DNA from: an uncultured Alphaproteobacteria bacterium
Lineage (GTDB): Bacteria; Pseudomonadota; Alphaproteobacteria; Rhizobiales; Rhodomicrobiaceae
Direction of reading: 5' to 3'
Length of the DNA stretch: 64,000 nt
Assembly: GCA_963833565.1 (NCBI GenBank)
Contig: CAWHYO010000039.1
Coordinates: forward strand, 74,303 to 138,302
In this document: positions 60,872 to 64,000 of the stretch, piece after piece
How positions within the stretch are numbered: position 1 is the first letter of the stretch
How the letters are laid out: each line of letters opens with the position of its first letter
The notes under the pieces: model-generated
Told to the model about the DNA's origin: nothing
What the model saw: the letters and a program-made list of their open reading frames with translations, nothing else
Databases searched by the model: none
Position numbers and translations under genes: made by a program

Positions 60872-62270
60872 CTAGTGTCGGATGTCTCCGGCCCTGTCGT
60901 TGGAGTTCACGCCGAGAGCCCTGAGCTTGCGGTGCAAGGCCGAGCGCTCCATGCCTACGAATTCCGCAGTGCGTGAAATATTTCCGCCAAAACGGTTGAT
61001 CTGCGCCATGAGATACTCACGCTCAAAAATCTCGCGCGCGTCGCGGAGCGGGAGCGACATGAGGTGCTCCCCCCCCGAACCGTTCGATGACAAAGGGACG
61101 TTTGCTCCGATATCGTCGGGCAGCATGTCGGCCGTGATCACCGCTTCGGGCTCGCTGTTGGACATGATCATGACGCGCTCGACGATGTTGCGAAGCTGAC
61201 GCACATTGCCCGGCCATTCGTGCGATTGCAGAACGGCCATGGCGTCATCACCGATCACCCGGGGCGGAAGACCCGAGGAAAGCGCGATCTGCTTCACGAA
61301 GTGCTCGACGAGTTCGGGAATGTCCTCCCGGCGCTCGATCAGCGAAGGGCACCCTGAGCGGCACGACGTTGAGGCGATGAAAGAGGTCCTGCCGGAAGCG
61401 GCCCTGGCTCATCTCGCGCTCGAGATCGCGGCTCGAAGACGAGACGATGCGCACGTCGACCGAAACCCTGGGGCCGCCGCCGATGCGCTGGAACTTCTGC
61501 TCGACGAGCACGCGCAGGAGCTTGCCCTGGGTATCGACGGGCATGTCCGCAACCTCATCGATGTAGAGGGTGCCGTTATGGGCTTCCTCGAGAGCGCCCA
61601 CCTTTCGCGTGCTCTGGCCCGTTTCTTCGACGCCGAAGAACTCGATTTCGACCCGGTCCGCAGCCATGGACGCTGCGTTGACCGCAACGAAGGGACCGTT
61701 CACGCGCTGTGAGGTGGAGTGAAGGTAACGGGCGGCGAGTTCCTTGCCGGACCCTTGCGGCCCCGTGATCATCACGCGGCTGTTCGTTGGCGCCACCTTT
61801 TGGATGCTCTGGCGCAAATGGTTCATCACCGGGGATTTGCCGATCAGGTCCGAGCTGTAGTAGCTCCTCTCCTTCAGCTCCTTGTTCTCGCGCTTGAGTT
61901 TTGAGGCTTCGAGCGCGCGCATGGTCACGACCACGAGCCTGTCGGCCTTGAAGGGCTTTTCGATGTAATCGTAGGCCCCGCGCTTGATGGCAGTGACCGC
62001 CGTTTCGATGTTGCCGTGACCGCTGATGATCACAACCGGAACCTCGGGGTGCTGCTTCTTGATGCGAGCCAGAACTTCCAGCCCGTCGAGCTTCGAGCCC
62101 TGCAGCCAGATGTCGAGAATGACGAGAGAGGGCCGGCGCTCCTCGATGACGCGCAGCGCCTCGTCGCTGTCCTTGGCGAGCCTCGTCTTGTGTCCTTCAT
62201 CTTCCAGGATCCCCGAGACGAGTTCCCGAATATCGGCTTCGTCGTCGACGATCAGAATGTCAGACGCCAT
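60872..62270 (-). CDS. ntrX: Response regulator NtrX (frameshift near 61345)
   Basis: REC domain LDIWLQGS, AAA+ domain lacking GAFTGA, WPGNVRQL, Fis-type HTH MERSALHRKL. Confidence 0.95.
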
Positions 62271-63999
62271 GGCTTAGTCCCTCCTTCGCACGCGTCGCTG
62301 CCTGGCCGGACGCGGCGGTGCCTCGCCCTATGCCATTCGGCCTTGTCTCGTTCTTGTCTGTCCTGTCGGAACTCAGCGACACCGGGATCGACATGCTGAT
62401 CCAGGCGCCATGCGCATAGCCTTCGCCTGCGGGAGCGTCGGCGAGTTCCAGCACGCCACCGTGCTGTTCCGTTATTCTTTGAACGATGGCCAAGCCAAGC
62501 CCCGTACCCTTTTGCCGGGTCGTGACGTAGGGCTCGATCAGCCGGTGACGATTTTCTTTTGGCAAACCGCAGCCATTGTCGATCACATCGATGACGAACC
62601 GGTTCTCCACTACGCGAAGGCGGATCACCACTCGCCCCTTCGCCTCCCCGCCCTCGCCGCCGCCGGTCGCGTTTTGATACGCGTCCACGGCTTCGCTCGC
62701 GTTTTTCACGAGGTTCGTGACGGCCTGGGTAAGGAGCCGCCGGTCGCACAAAGCGATCAGAGGCTCTTTCAGCGTGTCGATTTTGAACTCGATCTCGGGC
62801 CGGCTCATCTGGAACAGAATTACGGCCTCGCGCACGACCTCCCGAATGTCCTGCTCCTCGAAGACGGCAGAGGGCATGCGCGCGAATGACGAAAATTCGT
62901 CGACCATGCGCCCGATGTCTCCGACATGACGGATGATCGTATCGGTGCATTTGTCGAAGATCTCTCGGTCGGTCGTGATCGAACTCGCGTATTTCCGCCG
63001 GATGCGTTCGGCCGAAAGCTGGATCGGGGTGAGCGGGTTCTTGATTTCATGCGCGATGCGCCGCGCCACGTCCGCCCAGGCCGACGTCCGCTGCGCAACC
63101 GTCAGCTCCGTGACGTCGTCGAACGTCAACACCACTCCGAAATCGGCTTTGTCGTCCTGTTCGCGCGTCACCCGGACGGCGTAATTCCGCTCGCCGGTCT
63201 CACGCACGAGCGTAACCTGGCTCTGCACCGGCTTGGCGCGGACTTGCCGGCGCGACTTTTCCATGACTTCGCCAAACTCAGGAACGCCGGTTTTGAGCGC
63301 CTTGCCAATCAGCCTCTCCTCCTTGAGTCCGAGAAGCTCAAGCGCCGACCGGTTGGCAAGTGTCACGCATCCCGCCGGATCGACCCCGATGACGCCAGCC
63401 GAAACACCCGAAAGCACGGCCTCGATGAAGCGCCGCCGCTCATCGAGTTCAGAATTCTTGGTCATGATGTCGTCGTGCTGCGTCTTAAGGTCGACGGTCA
63501 TCTGCTTGAACGTCGCTCCGAGGCGGCCAATGTCGTCGCGCGCAAACCCGTCGTCGAACTGAACGTCGAGGTTGCCCTGGCTCACCTCCTGCGCGGCGCC
63601 GATGAGCTTCCGGATCGGCATGACGAGGCGATTCGCGAAGACGAGCCCGGTCCAGATCGCCGATGTCAGAAGGGTCAGGGCCAGCAGCACATACATGATC
63701 GCGAAGACGAGCTGATACTGGCCCCTGGCCTGTTCGAGCTGCGCGAACTGCATGATGTTGAATTGCGTGCGCTGCAGAAGCCGGAAAACATTGGGGTTCA
63801 CCGGGCGAAGTGCGTAGAGATAGGCGTCGCCCATGCCGTTGAGCTTCTTCAACGCCGCCACACCGTTGGAGAGATCCCAGCTCACCGGCACGATACGCCC
63901 TTCGGAGGCGCGTGCGATGTCAGCCAGAGGCGGAGCGCGATAGGGAGGGCCTTCGGAGGCAGCCGCCAGAAGGTTGCCCCGCGAGTCTATGATAAAGGC
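62260..63999 (-). CDS. ntrY: Sensor histidine kinase NtrY (5' end outside window)
   Basis: HAMP and PAS domains, ARRIAHEIKNPLTPIQL, GTGLGL; adjacent to ntrX. Confidence 0.95.
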   Translation of the reverse strand, partial: AFIIDSRGNLLAAASEGPPYRAPPLADIARASEGRIVPVSWDLSNGVAALKKLNGMGDAYLYALRPVNPNVFRLLQRTQFNIMQFAQLEQARGQYQLVFAIMYVLLALTLLTSAIWTGLVFANRLVMPIRKLIGAAQEVSQGNLDVQFDDGFARDDIGRLGATFKQMTVDLKTQHDDIMTKNSELDERRRFIEAVLSGVSAGVIGVDPAGCVTLANRSALELLGLKEERLIGKALKTGVPEFGEVMEKSRRQVRAKPVQSQVTLVRETGERNYAVRVTREQDDKADFGVVLTFDDVTELTVAQRTSAWADVARRIAHEIKNPLTPIQLSAERIRRKYASSITTDREIFDKCTDTIIRHVGDIGRMVDEFSSFARMPSAVFEEQDIREVVREAVILFQMSRPEIEFKIDTLKEPLIALCDRRLLTQAVTNLVKNASEAVDAYQNATGGGEGGEAKGRVVIRLRVVENRFVIDVIDNGCGLPKENRHRLIEPYVTTRQKGTGLGLAIVQRITEQHGGVLELADAPAGEGYAHGAWISMSIPVSLSSDRTDKNETRPNGIGRGTAASGQAATRAKEGLSHGV

Positions 64000-64000
64000 G

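Overview
A GC-rich alphaproteobacterial chromosome segment from Hyphomicrobiales. It is probably Rhodomicrobium-like; this is inferred from the gene order (glyA-nrdR-rib-nusB-thiL, yajC-secDF, ntrYX-dat-hfq-hflX), a GGLKD-type outer-membrane protein and LH2 antenna genes. Single-base indels break many conserved genes (glyA, nrdR, hfq, hflX, galU, ntrX, mccA, nirK), which points to an unpolished long-read assembly. Several real genes are therefore split, fused or missing in the ORF track. The core blocks are the riboflavin operon, rplU-rpmA-panC, secDF followed by three OXPHOS-assembly-factor homologues, leucine catabolism (liu) and ntrYX-hfq. Accessory highlights: (1) a secreted TPR-CHAT caspase-like protease with about 9 near-identical 126-bp repeats that vary at a few fixed codons; (2) a stress-type island (GH15, Crp, HWE kinase, SatP, ASRT, DUF4239, TMEM175) with EcfG-like promoters; (3) a three-domain copper nitrite reductase with an FNR/NnrR-like box; (4) an Lrp regulator plus a fused IOR next to the liu genes, with a VapBC module inserted among them; (5) an orphan pucBA pair with a decayed beta subunit and a half-decayed tandem PpsR operator; (6) a hidden secreted pacifastin-like Cys-rich miniprotein with Asp at P1; (7) two adjacent SGNH proteins that both lack the catalytic Ser and His. 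Several REP/MITE-like palindromes are present. No rRNA, tRNA, CRISPR array or transposase was recognised.
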